A DNA stretch of 59,811 bases, the filler included, from Catajapyx aquilonaris (lineage: Eukaryota): NCBI GenBank assembly GCA_000934665.2. It is 2 parts of 2 records of this genome, joined end to end, with 100 filler letters (N's around TTAATTAATTAA, not from the genome) between each part and the next. Parts side by side here need not be neighbours in the genome. Positions count along the whole stretch, not along the records: positions 1 to 29,764 come from JYFJ02004741.1; 1 more part is not named here. One strand, given 5' to 3'. This document shows positions 13,745-25,400 of this stretch, piece after piece (position 1 is the stretch's first letter; every line of letters starts with the position of its first letter). The position numbers and the translations under genes were made by a program. The notes beneath the pieces are model-generated. The model was not told where the DNA came from. It worked only from the letters and a program-made list of their open reading frames with translations, and did not search any database.

Positions 13745-16700
13745 CACCCATAAGGAAGTGTGCTTTGCACTATGCAGTTCAGTTTTAAAATCTAGAATAG
13801 CAAGGTACCACTCTAGTGGGTAAGAAGGGAAGGAGCAATCCCATCCCTTGAGTGGTGGCGTTCAAAAATAATTTCATTTATCTTTAATTGTCTTCTGAGA
13901 GGAATTGCTACCACAAATTCCACAAATGAATGTAAAAAACATTGTTTTGAGGATAGAGCACTATGTGAGTGATCCATTAAGTGGCATTGAAATTTTCAGC
14001 TTTCATCTGTTCTGCTTTTGTAGCACCAATTGGGTCCTAATGTTCTCATTGGTTGTTTGTCACTATCTTTGTCGATATTTTAAAACAAAAAAATTTTCTC
14101 GTTTCTTATTGGGAAAATGTTCAGAAAATGCAATAGGAACTGACATTGTGATACAAATTCTTCTCAGGTCTCAGGAGGATATAATGCCATGAAGGCGGAA
14201 TGTGTATGTAGGCTACTACAATGTACGTAATCTATATGTGTGTAAATGGTCTATAAATTGGTATAACTTGCCCAACAAAGCATGTAGTGAGTTCTGTCCA
14301 TTATATTTGCAGTCAATGACAATCCAGTTATCTGCTTTATTACCTGTAAAACTAAAAGCAGATTCACTACTATTTGTAGATTCTGCAGGCAAATTACATG
14401 TCTGGGATGAATTAGCTGTATGAGTACCGGAAGTTTGCGGTACAATGTCTTTAATAAGTCAAATTAAAAATAAACAATATCAATCTCAAAAATGGAAGCA
14501 TTGGAAATAAGAGAATATTCTAGTTCATAATGTCCAAGTGTACTGAAATAATGAGATTTTCTTAGTCAAGAAAATAAACAACTTCTTTTCTAGTTGGAGT
14601 CCACATTTCATCAAGCATAGCTATTCTTCTTTAAATATCCTTTGAGCCAATGAATATAATATTAATATTTGGTTAAATCTACGGTCAACTTCTGCACATT
14701 CTCCAGCTGTGTTTGGAGCAAACTGTCTGGCATTGATGGCTTCTCAAACTCTACATTTTATACCTTCAAAGCCTCTCTCTCACTAAAAGTCACCGATTTT
14801 TTTTTTAAATTACACTTTTCTTTTTGCCTTTCCAATGCACTTATCTAGGACAGCTCTTACTTCCCTTCTTGCTTTAACTACGACATTTGCTTTTTCTTCC
14901 ATTCCACTACTGTAGGTGCCATTTTAACAGCCGGGAAACAATAGTGACAGCGGCATCCCAGCGGAAACATGACTTACACAACAAAAATTAAATGGCCATA
15001 ACAATGTTCAGACAAATATTACCTCAAAATTATTTTTATTATTTGAAGAGTACTACTGTGTAGTAAGAAGGTAATGAATATCAACTTTTAGATTTTGGTA
15101 CTACAGCTAAAAATTTTAAAAATGTCAAAAAATTGTGACTTACACGACACTCAAAGATGGTGTTTAAACTCGCTAATTTTTATGCTGAATAAGTCGTTGC
15201 AATGGAAAGATATATGGTACATTCATCCAGTTCTTATGTGATAGAAATCACAGTTTAGTGTATGAAAAACACTAGCTTACTTGTTGAATTATGAAGATTT
15301 TTATGGAGCCTTAAAACAAAGAAATTTGCACACCCACCATATTGGAAATAAACAGTGTTGTTAACTTGAACGTATGTGACAATTCTCGAATATCTGTTCA
15401 AAAAATTTTAAAATGCACAATCTCAGCTTTCAGAAAATATCATGATATCATAGAAATTATTAATTTTAAAATCTGACCCTGACGTATACTTTTGCATGGA
15501 ATTAGCCATGTATCTTAAAAAGCTGAAGCAATACTGAGCATGTTTGAACTTGCATCACTATAGCTGTGACTCGACTGAAGCCCCCATGACTACTGCCAGC
15601 TCTTTAGCAGCAGCAGAACTAGCACAAAAAAATTAAAATGTAACAACTGTGCAGGTGTCCCCTATAGGGGATGCTTGGCATATCTGGGTTAAGAAAACCC
15701 CCGTAAACCTGCGACGGTAACGTGCAAAATGTTTGGCCTCTGGTGATGTGGGAACTTTTTGTGACCAATTCACATTTTGTGTTATAACATAGGAAATATA
15801 GCTTATTTGAGCATTATCTTCTAGACAATCATAGCTTGATTCCTTCTTCGATAAATGGCATTTAGTTGTTTGAGCAAATCGTACGATCAGAAAAAATCCA
15901 TTATCTACGATGCGTTGTTAGGTCAAAAATGCACCCGTGTTTGAGAGCCTGCAATCAGATCGAGTCAGGGGTTACCGGTCTATTTTTTAAGTCACAGAAA
16001 GGCTGAATTTATTTTAGAATCACTGTTCATGAATGAACATATTCATGAATCACTACCGATAAGCTCTGGTCCCCCTCCAGAAAGCAGGAAGTGAATAATT
16101 TTTGGAATGCTGACTTGGCCCCAACTACACATTGGTGCCTAATTGATTTTTTCCTGATTGTGCTATTTGCCCGTAAAATTTAAACTACATGCCATTGATC
16201 GCAAAAGGAATCAACTGAAGATGATCTCAAATGAGGGGTGTGGTGGGAAAAGGTGAGAACTCATAAAAGTGTAATTTTTCAGGAGAGCGAATTTAAGCGT
16301 GCATGCTCTTAACAAATCATAAGGAATGAGGGTTTTGATCTAGTCCGTGTGGCTGTCTCGTGTCGAGAACACCTAGAGAACCCATCGCAACTCTATCCAC
16401 ATAAGTATCCTCCAACTCGGGACCTTAGAGGTGGAAGGCTTTGGCGCTAACCGCTACGCCACTGTGTCGCCCGCCGTGAACTTGGGAGTATACCAAACTG
16501 TTTGTCATGTCTTTTACACTTACAAGTTAGTAACTAGGTGTTTAGGTCAAAAATAGGGTTGTCACGTTTTCCCACCACGCCCCTCAAATGTGAATCTTAG
16601 TGTGCTATATTTTCCATGTTGGAGCAAAAAAAGTGGTGTTGGTCACAAACAGTGCTAATCACCGTCGGAGGGTTAAGCATAGAAAGAGCTTGTCACAAGT

Positions 16701-18947
16701 CTTTACATAAAAGTATATTTCACATTCACCCAGGAGTAAGTCAGCACCCCATAGGTGGATGGGTAGTTTCATTTCACCCAGCCGCCTAAGCATGTGTATT
16801 ATGCGAACAGGAACACGACAGCCGTGACGTCTGCAACTAGTCAAAAAATGACACCTTTCCACCTTCTTCTTGCGATAAAAAATTACTCACCAACTCACAC
16901 ATATATGTAACATGGATTTAAACAAGCTTTCCAACGATATACAGGGCTATTCATAAGTCTTGACCCTATTTTAAAAATTCACCAAAAATACACTACACAA
17001 CAGATAGTTGTAATTAATATACCAAAGGAGCGAGAAAGGATCCGAGTTTTTTTTACACACGTTACAAATGTTCAATGTGTCCTCCTCTGGAGATGCGGCA
17101 CACATCTAGCCGATACTCCATTTCGCCCCATACGCGAGCAAGCATGTGACATGCTTGCTCGCGTATGGGGCGAAATGGAGTAAATGTTTGTTAGGTCAAT
17201 CATTGAGAGTTTGTGACAGCCATGGTGATGCGGTGGCGAAGTTCCTGGACATTGAAAGTGAGTGGAGGCACAAAGACAGTGTCGTTCACAAATCCCAGTA
17301 AGAAAAAGTTGCGAGTTAAATCGGGTGACCAGGGTGGCCACCGCATTAACACCTCATCATCGGGACTTGTGCGTCCAATCCAACGTCGTGGTAGGTTTTG
17401 GTTGAAGTACCATCGCACCTGGGTATGGAAATGAGGTGGAGCACCATCTGGTTGAAAGAGGTAATCCTCCATGTTCATTTATAATGTATAATTTATCATT
17501 TTCTAACTACTGCCTCCTAGCGGCACAGCAAGGCTACAACACGAGAGGGGTTTGCTGTAAAAAAAACTCGGATCCTTTCTCGCTCTTTTGGTATATTAAT
17601 TACAACTATCTGTTGTGTAGTGTATTTTTGGTGAATTTTTAAAATAGGGTCAAGACTTATGAATAGCCCTGTATAACATTAATGTTTTGGATCATTTTCC
17701 TGGGATCAAACCCAGGGGCCTATATTAAATAAACAGACAGCAGGTGCCCTGCGCAAAGTTTTGGCCTTTACAATGATACCATACTCCACATGATTGCATT
17801 AGAATTGTGGACATACGGCCACAGATATGTGTCCGATTTTGTTACAATTCCTGCCGCCATGTTATTCAAATGGACTTTTCAGGAACGCCATTTTCCTCTC
17901 ACTTCAACTCACCTTAAAGGTCATTTCTAGGCCGCCAATTCAAAAACGACGAACTATTACTATTTTTTGGTGCAATTTTTGTGGCGATTGAATCATATTT
18001 GCGGCCGTACAGCCGCAGAAGTGTAGACATGTCGAATCCCCATATGCTGCCATGCATAAGTGAGTTTGTTTGGGTCATTTCCAAGGGCTCCGCATTGTTA
18101 CTGCATTTTTGCTACTGCGCCGCCTTAAGCCTAATCCACATTATACCTAGCCTCCCCTATCGTAACATAATTAAGCCTAGGTGGCACATCTTTGGGCTTG
18201 TAACAAGTCTGGACTCTGGATACTAGCGTTTTTCCAAGTAAAGAAGGTAGTTTTTTTGACGTGAGTACGTCTTTAAAATCGGGCCCGTATGGGGGGGGAA
18301 ATGCAGGCAAACTCGAGCATTACAGAAAAGCGTTACAGTCAGGCCCTGACAGGAGACCTCGCCAGGGGCCCTATGCAGGGCTAAATTCGGATCAGCGTAG
18401 GGGGGCATGGAGGCAAACTCGAGCGTTACAGAAAAGCGTTACAGTCTACTATACCCGAGTCTACTATATCCGAAGTGGCGTGTGAGTGTTATAGTCAGGA
18501 CCCTGCCATGGGGCCCATGGCGGGGGAATGCAGGGGGGGCATGCAGTGAAATTCTTAGGAGGAATGTGTCCAGACTTTAGGGTCACCATCATGCATGTGT
18601 CCAGACTTCAATACTGATAATAAGCAATCAATTCACTCCCCCAATACTGATCCGATTTTAAAGACATATTCACGTCAAAAGCTGTGGCATGTGTTCCTGA
18701 CACAACCTGATGTTTTTGTATTCATTGGTCAAACATATTTCACTATTACCCAAGTTTATTATTGTCACCATCTTACAGGCTTAAACGCCTGCAAATCTAA
18801 CAGTGAATAGTGGCTTTTACACTATTCGATTTGGTTCAGCTTAAATAACTTGCCAGCACATACCTCGGATAATTTCCCTGTGATCCAGTCTAACAGGATC
18901 TCCACGTCGATCTTGCCGGAAAGAACAAGCTCTGTCAGTTCTGCCAT
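4335..18947 (-). CDS. CDAN1: Codanin-1 (discs lost homologue), 3 coding exons, ~1064 aa
   Basis: Exons 18947-18864 (MAELTELVLSGKIDVEILLDWITGKLSE), 11364-8655 and 4735-4335, all GT-AG, total 3195 nt in frame. Codanin-like motifs: [75 protein letters not shown]. Confidence 0.92.
4957..5297 (-). mobile_element. tRNA-derived SINE (family B) in codanin intron 2
   Basis: Minus-strand head GGGGAGGCGGAGTGGTGCTGCGG (A-box-like) ... GGTTCGATCCC (B box); (TTG/TTA)n tail; ~18-bp TSD TGCGAACTTTATATACCA / TGTGAACTTTATATGCCA. Confidence 0.85.
6128..7299. mobile_element. Fold-back element, 1172 bp, ACAAG...CTTGT termini
   Basis: Diverged inverted arms of ~500 bp (ACAAGGGAAGGCCGCGACCTCGGGTCA / TGACCCGAGGTCGTGGCCTTCCCTTGT). 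This explains the near-identical opposite-strand ORFs at 5955 and 6926. Confidence 0.85.
7716..8450. mobile_element. Tigger/pogo-family non-autonomous element (Tigger4/MER46-like), interrupted by a MITE
   Basis: Right end CTGGTCCCAAGCATTTCGAATCAAGGATTCTCAACCTG|TA; internal TTTGAGCGCTGAC..GGAAAATTCCA and GTGTTTAGGCTTAGGTCCCATCC resemble Tigger4/MER46 as I recall it. The left end is eroded, so the start is approximate. Confidence 0.7.
7977..8357. mobile_element. Tc1/mariner-type hairpin MITE nested in the Tigger-like element
   Basis: ~140-bp inverted arms CAGGGTGGCCACGAAGTAAGGGGCACATGTTTGATGAGC / GCTCATCAAACATGTGCCCCGTACTTGGTGGCCACCGTG|TA. Confidence 0.85.
12239..15507. mobile_element. Decayed DNA transposon with a 4-bp TSD (Sola-like), 3269 bp
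   Basis: TIRs GGCTCATTCCATGC / GCATGGAATTAGCC; TSD ATGT at 12235-12238 and 15508-15511; repeated subterminal GACTTACACGACAC; the empty site is visible in the 29295 copy. The superfamily is inferred from TSD length only. Confidence 0.75.
13411..13740 (+). mobile_element. tRNA-derived SINE (family A), full length
   Basis: A box TGGCATAGTGG, B box GGTTCGAATCC, central GGTTTTCTGTGGTTTCCC..AGGCCACAGCCGCTTCCTTCC, (ATT)n tail, perfect 13-bp TSD TATACACCCATAA (13398-13410 / 13741-13753). Confidence 0.92.
16233..16585. mobile_element. Sola2-like MITE (GAG...CTC termini, 4-bp TSD)
   Basis: TIRs GAGGGGTGTGGTGGGAAAAGGTGAGAAC / GTTGTCACGTTTTCCCACCACGCCCCTC; TSD AAAT on both sides; contains a minus-strand tRNA/SINE-like head at ~16340-16475. 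Confidence 0.75.
16942..17671 (-). mobile_element. Internally deleted Tc1/mariner element (rosa/DD41D-like) with a transposase C-terminal remnant
   Basis: TA-flanked, near-perfect ~115-bp TIRs CAGGGCTATTCATAAGTCTTGACCC; minus strand encodes FQPDGAPPHF..RWIGR..WPPWSPDLT..FFLLGFV and MLARVWGEMEYRLDVCRISRGGHIEHL*. Confidence 0.9.
18253..18681. repeat. Degenerate inverted-repeat element with an internal 35-bp direct repeat
   Basis: TTTTGACGTGAGTACGTCTTTAAAATCGG pairs with CCGATTTTAAAGACATATTCACGTCAAAA; GGCAAACTCGAGCRTTACAGAAAAGCGTTACAGTC occurs twice. Confidence 0.6.
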
Positions 18948-20410
18948 ACTTCCTCTTCAAACCGGGAAATCGGCGCGTATAGGAAAGCATGGATCGCATA
19001 GATTCATGGTAGCGACGCCACGTTGGGAGTTCACATCACATGGCCTATCCTCTCCACAATCACTGGCCAAGAGCTGCAATATGGCGATGCCATCAACCTC
19101 ATCACCTTGAAACTTGATTTCGCCCAAGTAAACACAAATAAAAGTAAACGTACGTACAATTAGGCACCACAATTATTGCATGTTGGTTGGCAGTAACTAC
19201 GTCTTGCACCGTTGCGAGCTCACTCTCCGGTCTTTGGGACTTCACGACAGAGACGCTGGTTCCGGACAATGTTCCGGACCTGCCAACCTCGACTCCATCT
19301 TACCATGATCAGAATAAAGCATAGCTGCTCATAACTGTTTATAACTGTTTATTTGAATTAAAGGTTGTAGGCGGTTGCAAGGAACAGTGAATAGGCCATA
19401 GGCTATTCTAATCTTTGGGCGGTTGTAGCGGGTTGTAGGGGTTATAGCTAGGCAGGTTATGGCCTGTCATGGCCACGATTATGGCCGTGGACCGTACTGC
19501 GGGGTAATCATCTGATATGGGCCCCAGCAGAGTAGTGTTTTAAAACAAAATCTACATTTTGACTGCATTGGAAAAATGATATCCCCGTATTTTTAAAAGT
19601 AAAAAACTTCGAAAAAAAGCTTTCTACAAACTATGGAGCGCTATGGAGCTTTTCCTATGAAAAGCTTAGGCTTAATTATTACGTCCATTTTCAACTTATT
19701 ATACTTATAACCCTTATAACTTTCCTTGCAGGTAACCTATAGCATTTAGTTGTCATGTTGTGTTAATTGTGAACAGTGTGTTGCGCTTCAGCTTACTTCG
19801 GTTACTTTCATACAAAAGTCACCTGCTTCTTGTGGGATATTTTAATAATATATGATTGGGATGGAAGAAAACTTGCTCTAATCACGTGGACCTGATACCT
19901 GCAGGTCACAGATTGTGAGATACAAAAGGTGCCAGCTTGTGCAGAGATTAAAATCAAAAAACCCTTCCCTTGCTCCAATATGTTGAACGCATTGAAGGTC
20001 ACCTGTTAGAAGCATTCTTCCTTTGAATATATTAGAGTGGCTGGACAGCAGCCATTTGCATTCCGCCTGCGACCGTGCCGCCTGCATTGTCAAGTTTCAG
20101 TGATCTGCTCCAATCTAAAGAAACGAATCATTGTGCCATGCGGGTTGCTTTGCTTAGTCAGAATAACCTTGAACAGGTCCTTTACCCTCCGATATATGTG
20201 GGTGTCGGTGTTATATGTTATTCTGTCGTTGTAACGGCCTGTCGGTGAGACGTCGTGGCGGGGAACCTCCTTGTCGGTGGAGTGGGTATGTCGGTGAAAT
20301 GGCCTGTCGGTGAAATGACCCGCTTCGCAAAAAATGATCCTGTGCTATATAAATTTCCATTAAAATGCCTTGCATAATTATATGTTTAATAAAATACTAT
20401 CAAATTTTAA

Positions 20411-20687
20411 TCCTGGAATAACCGTGACGTGCGGTCTTTTTAGGACCCCAAAGAAATTAAAATGCATTAAAATGATAATTACAATAAACTTTTGCCATTT
20501 ATAAAAGTATATAACAGGAAGTGCATGTTTATTTTGAATTAGCGATCATTTTAGGCATTGTTCAAATTGAATGATTGCATATTGAAAAGTATTATATAAA
20601 AATTAATACAGATTAAAATATGGATGGGGTCCTAAAAGACCCCACGTCATAGTTTCCATAACTTTCAGGCACGTCACGGTTCCAGGG
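20411..20687. mobile_element. TTAA-flanked MITE
   Basis: TTAA|TCCTGGAATAACCGTGACGTGC ... GCACGTCACGGTTCCAGGG|TTAA, with a subterminal GGTCTTTTTAGGACCCC / GGGGTCCTAAAAGACC pair. Confidence 0.7.
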
Positions 20688-22438
20688 TTAAACAACAATG
20701 AATTGAACCCCTCTGTCAAAGAAGGGTGCATGTGCAATTATTGTTTGAAAAGTAGTGAGCCTCTCTGGGAAGGAGTAGTCCCAGGTGAATGGTACTTTAT
20801 CACTTTTCTACATAGTCCCCCTGGAGTGTGATGCACTTCTCCCAGCAGTGGTCCGCCAGCTTTGCGTCCCTTCGCAAAAATGTATAATTGAATCCCTTCC
20901 TCGAAGAACGGTGTATCTACAATAAAGACTAAGATATACCTTCCTATTCATGCATCAGAAACCCACAAACACTGGCCTGCATTATTTGCACTTAGGCATA
21001 TGCTGGTCTATCTTTCTAAAGTGGCCATGTTGATAAGAAAAGAGGCATAGGTGAAGGCAGGGCTAATGGGATCTTGATGGCCAACCTCCCAAAGCCAATG
21101 GCAATGTGGCCTTTAATTGGCTTGTTGCCAATTGAGCGTGGCTTACAAGTTTTAGTTAGTGGAAAATTATCAAAATTATTTTATTACTGTGAAGACACAG
21201 TTGCGTAAAACAGATTGTATAGGCAGCTCACCCTAATAACTTATTGCCATTGACGACATCCTTTTGTTTACCAATTCCTAGAGTATGTAGTCAATGGAAA
21301 TCTAGCTGGGCTTCAGTGCACTTAAGGCTCCCACCCCCATAATTGCAAGTTTCTATGTGTATTATTTTTCCTGAATCTCAACTCAACGAGCTGAGTTGAA
21401 TGACACGACTGTTCGTAGGTTGGAGAAACGTTTCGTTCAAAAGTAGACCTAATTGAAAAATAAATAAATTGTTAAATAAACAACTGTTCTTTTGTTGAAA
21501 CTGTTTACTCCCATTGTTGCGTGAAGGAATTCTCCATGGCAGCGTGCTGTGAGGGATGCTGAACGATGATAAACCGTTGTTCTTAGTTTGTTGGATTACG
21601 GTAAGTACGAGATTATAGCAAGAAAGTGTTTAATAATAATTTAACATCATTCAGGGGCATTAATCATGGCCTAGGATCGGTGCGAATCTGAATGGATCCC
21701 ATGACCTTTCTGTATGCCTGCAAGGAGGGGAGTCTGCAAGAGGTGGGCCACTGTTTTTTAAAAAAATCATGTTCTCAAAAAATAATATTTTCAAATTACT
21801 AATTCATGATTTTTTGGGGGAAAAGTGCTACCAATTTCATCAAATACACACGCATTCAAATCTCCCTCGTGTGATCTTGAACCCGCCCCCAAAAAATTTC
21901 GCCTGCGGCGCGGGCTTCCTCCCCGCTCTTTTCGGTTTATGCCCCGCCCCCCTCCCCTCCGAACCGGAATCCTGGCTACGTCACTGCTCCGATCAATCGT
22001 TGTTGATACCGGCAGATACCGGGTATTGTTGACCCATTGTGCGATTGGCGTCTTTTCTACAATTAAGTCACTTGAGCATATGGCTCCCATTTCATGGAGC
22101 GTCATGGAGACTCCATTGCCATGGTAAACTGCCACGCACTGGTGTACGTAGCACTGCTACAATACCTAGAATTGCGGTTATTTCAGGTAGGTATACTATA
22201 GCACTGCCCGGCACTGCCATACAAACTGCATAAATGGCGGAATTTCAAAGTTGCCAGGTTGTGAATGCTACACCGTATTCCCGCTCAAATGTAAAACAAA
22301 GATGGCGGGCGTGAGGATCTGACTGCTCACTGCTGGCAAGTCTTGCACTCTTGCTGCTGGTGCTGACTGCCGAGTGCTTCCCTTCCAGGCGTTGCCACTC
22401 CACGTGACATCGTCTCCATTCACGTCCGTCGTGTAACC

Positions 22439-25400
22439 ATGCCGAAACGACAATACCCGTTTGAGCAAACCCTAGTCATGCAGCGGAAGATTCATGTCGG
22501 GCCGAAGGAGGTAGCGGCAGCCCCGAGTGGCCAAGATCAGATGAAGGCGGTTTATGGTAACATTTCCAATGCGTGACGTGAATTTGAATAGGAAGGTAAC
22601 ATTTTGGATATGGATGGTTCAATGCAGGTGAAGGCGCACTCTGGACCCAGAGTATGGCGGTGTTTTGGGGGATTAATTGTTGACACCAGTATCAACGGAA
22701 GGTCTGACGGCACAAGTTAAAACCCAGTGTCTTCGAAAATCACGTAATTCGAATTCTCCTGGGGGGACCATGGGAAACCACAGAAAACCATGGTTAGGAT
22801 TGCCTGCCCCGGGGCTCGAACCCACGACCTCCCGATCAGCAGTCGGACGCCTTGTCCACTCCACCAAACTGCTTCGGTCCTCACAGTACAATATGAGTAA
22901 ACAGTAGCAACAAAATGCAACAATGTAAGAAACGAAGACGCCAGATCGTCGTTTGGTTTTCCGAACTTTGCTGGTGGGGATTTGGATGTGTGGTGTTCCA
23001 GTTTATCAATTGCACAAGTGATTTACAATGTGTACTGCAATTGTGTTTTGGGAGTTAACATTTTTCCTGTTATAGTGTATTACTGTGCAGTACCTGGTTT
23101 CCACATGGAAGTTAATTAACTTTCAAGTTCACTCTGTTTGCACTTTTTCCTCTGTCCCTGCTCCCTTTACTTCTGATTTCTGATTATCTATGTTTTCAAT
23201 TATCCCAACAACATTCAGTCTTTTTTAGTCTGGACAATTGAGACTGCCGTTATGATGATGATCAGATATAATAATAATGAAAGTGCTTTATCTTAGATGT
23301 ATGGCAGACCTTGATTATTCCAATGAATGCAAACATTGATGTACATATCATGTGGGCAAGTCTCTCAACAAAGAAATTCTCACCAGTTTTTGAGCCATTT
23401 AAAAAAATCATCTGATCATGGAGAAAGTAGGGTGTTCAAGGTACGGTACCTCAGAAATTTATCACACACAAGGCGTGACATCTAGGGATCTTACTGAGCC
23501 TCTTATTGCCCTCAGTTAGGCTAATGGATAACTTCATTAATGGGTGTCATTCTGATAAGGTGGTGGTGGGAACTGTATTTTAAGGAAAAATGGTCATTAT
23601 TATACAGGGTGATCAAACTTTTTTGTCGTTTTAGTTATTGACAAATTCGGCCTCAGCTGCTTATATTGAAACGAGTTACCTGGCAACTCCGTCCGGCGGG
23701 CCAATTCAAACATCAGCATATGGAGAGTGCTTCCATTGTTGCCACTGTTGCAAACAGTGGCAACAATGGAAGCACTCTCCACATGCTCGTTTTTGAATTG
23801 GCCCATCGGACGGAGTTGCCAGGTAACTCGTTTCAATATAAGCAGCTGAGGCCGAATTTGTCAATAACTAAAACGACAAAAAAGTTTGATCACCCTGTAT
23901 ATATGTAAGTACTGGAATGCACAGTGGACACTAACTTGTTGCAAGGCATAATAACCTTCTCTGCTGTGTTTTTCTTTCTCACAGAAATCTAAGTGGATGA
24001 GACACACTTTTGTTTTGTAAGAATAGATTACATTTTTTTTTTTAAATTTGCAGAGAAGACGGTCCGCCTATTGTTTGAGGGAGCAAGAAACCTTCCCACC
24101 AGCAGCCCCATCATTGGAACATCCGCAGCTCAAGAGACAGTTGCTTGTACCTACTCTGGCCTACGCCAGATGCGACTCACCACAGATGGGAAGTTGGACG
24201 GCAACAAACTTGCAGATTACAACCACAGTGATTGTCCCAGTACCTCGACTGGCCTGTCATCAGCCTCCAAGTGCTACTTTTGTGAACAATCCTTTAGTGA
24301 GAACTGCATGCACGCCTGTGTGCATTGCAAGGAATACTTTTGTGAAGGCTGCTCTATTGCGATGTAAGTTATTCTGTAGCTAATTCATGGAAGCCATGCT
24401 TTTCTTGTGAGTAAAGATGCCTCACATGTAGAACAATATTTAGGATTGATTAACAACTATAATTGTGGCTTTTTCGTAGCAGAGAAAAAAACTTTGAAAA
24501 GGGGCACTGAGCAGGTAATGCTACAGAATCTTACAAGCAAAGTAACTTTTCTTACCCTCCTGGATTTTGATAATTTTGATAATTTTAATTCTGCTTGGCC
24601 GATAGTGTTGGGAAAACATCACCTCTGCTGCTAAATTCCACATTAGCAGGGTGAAAATCCAGCCTAAAGGTGATGTTCCGTAAGCCACAACACCAGCGTT
24701 CGGTCGCGAGGCGCTTTCCCGGCTGCCCGGTCGCGGTCGGCTTTCACCGCGTCTGTAGCTCTCTCCTGTGCCACGAAGGAGAAGGGTCATCTCGCACGCT
24801 TTGCAGTCAAAGGCGATTATAATAATGGAGAGCCAGGACAGGGGGCATAATACTACATAAGAGGCTCAAACATTCGATTCGCCTGTCTCTGTTTAATGGG
24901 GCCAACGGTGGCGGCCATTTTGAAGAGAGGCCAACGAGGTGTAAATAGGGTACAGGCAGGCCTAAGGTCTGCCATCTTTGATGGTTTTGGCGGCTGAATT
25001 TGAATATTTTTGCCGTATGAGCTCCTTTAATGTACTTTTCTACGTATTAATTCCGTAAGTACGGCAAAAATATTCAAATTCGCCCGTGTTCTTGCCGTGA
25101 AGTGCCATGGCCGCCGCCAAAACAATCAAAGATGGCGAAGCTTTGGCCTGCCTGTACCCTATTTACACCTCGTTGGCATCTCTTCAAAATGGCCGCCACC
25201 GTTGGCCCTATGGGTTGGCCCCATCAAACAGAGACAGGCGAATCGAATGTTTGCGCCTCTTATGTAGTATTATGCTCCCTGTCCTGGCTCTCCATTATTA
25301 TAATCGCCTTCAACTTCAAAGCGTGCGAGATGACCCTTCTCCTTCGTGGCACCGGAGAGAGCTACAGACGCGGTGAAAGGCGACCGCGACTGGGGTAGCC

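Larger units (their letters stand above)
11518..15688. mobile_element. TTAA-flanked non-autonomous DNA transposon carrying a 3.3-kb nested insertion
   Basis: TTAA|CCCAGATATGCC ... GGCATATCTGGG|TTAA. Segments ~12010-12238 and 15508-15688 are colinear with the reverse complement of the copy at 29295. Confidence 0.85.

Noticed and set aside
20200..20320. TGTCGGTG repeats with short spacers, superficially CRISPR-like
   Set aside because: The repeats are under 15 bp and irregular, the context is eukaryotic and there are no cas genes; likely a TE subterminal minisatellite.
23600..23908. Nearly identical ORFs on both strands
   Set aside because: A consequence of the palindromic MITE.
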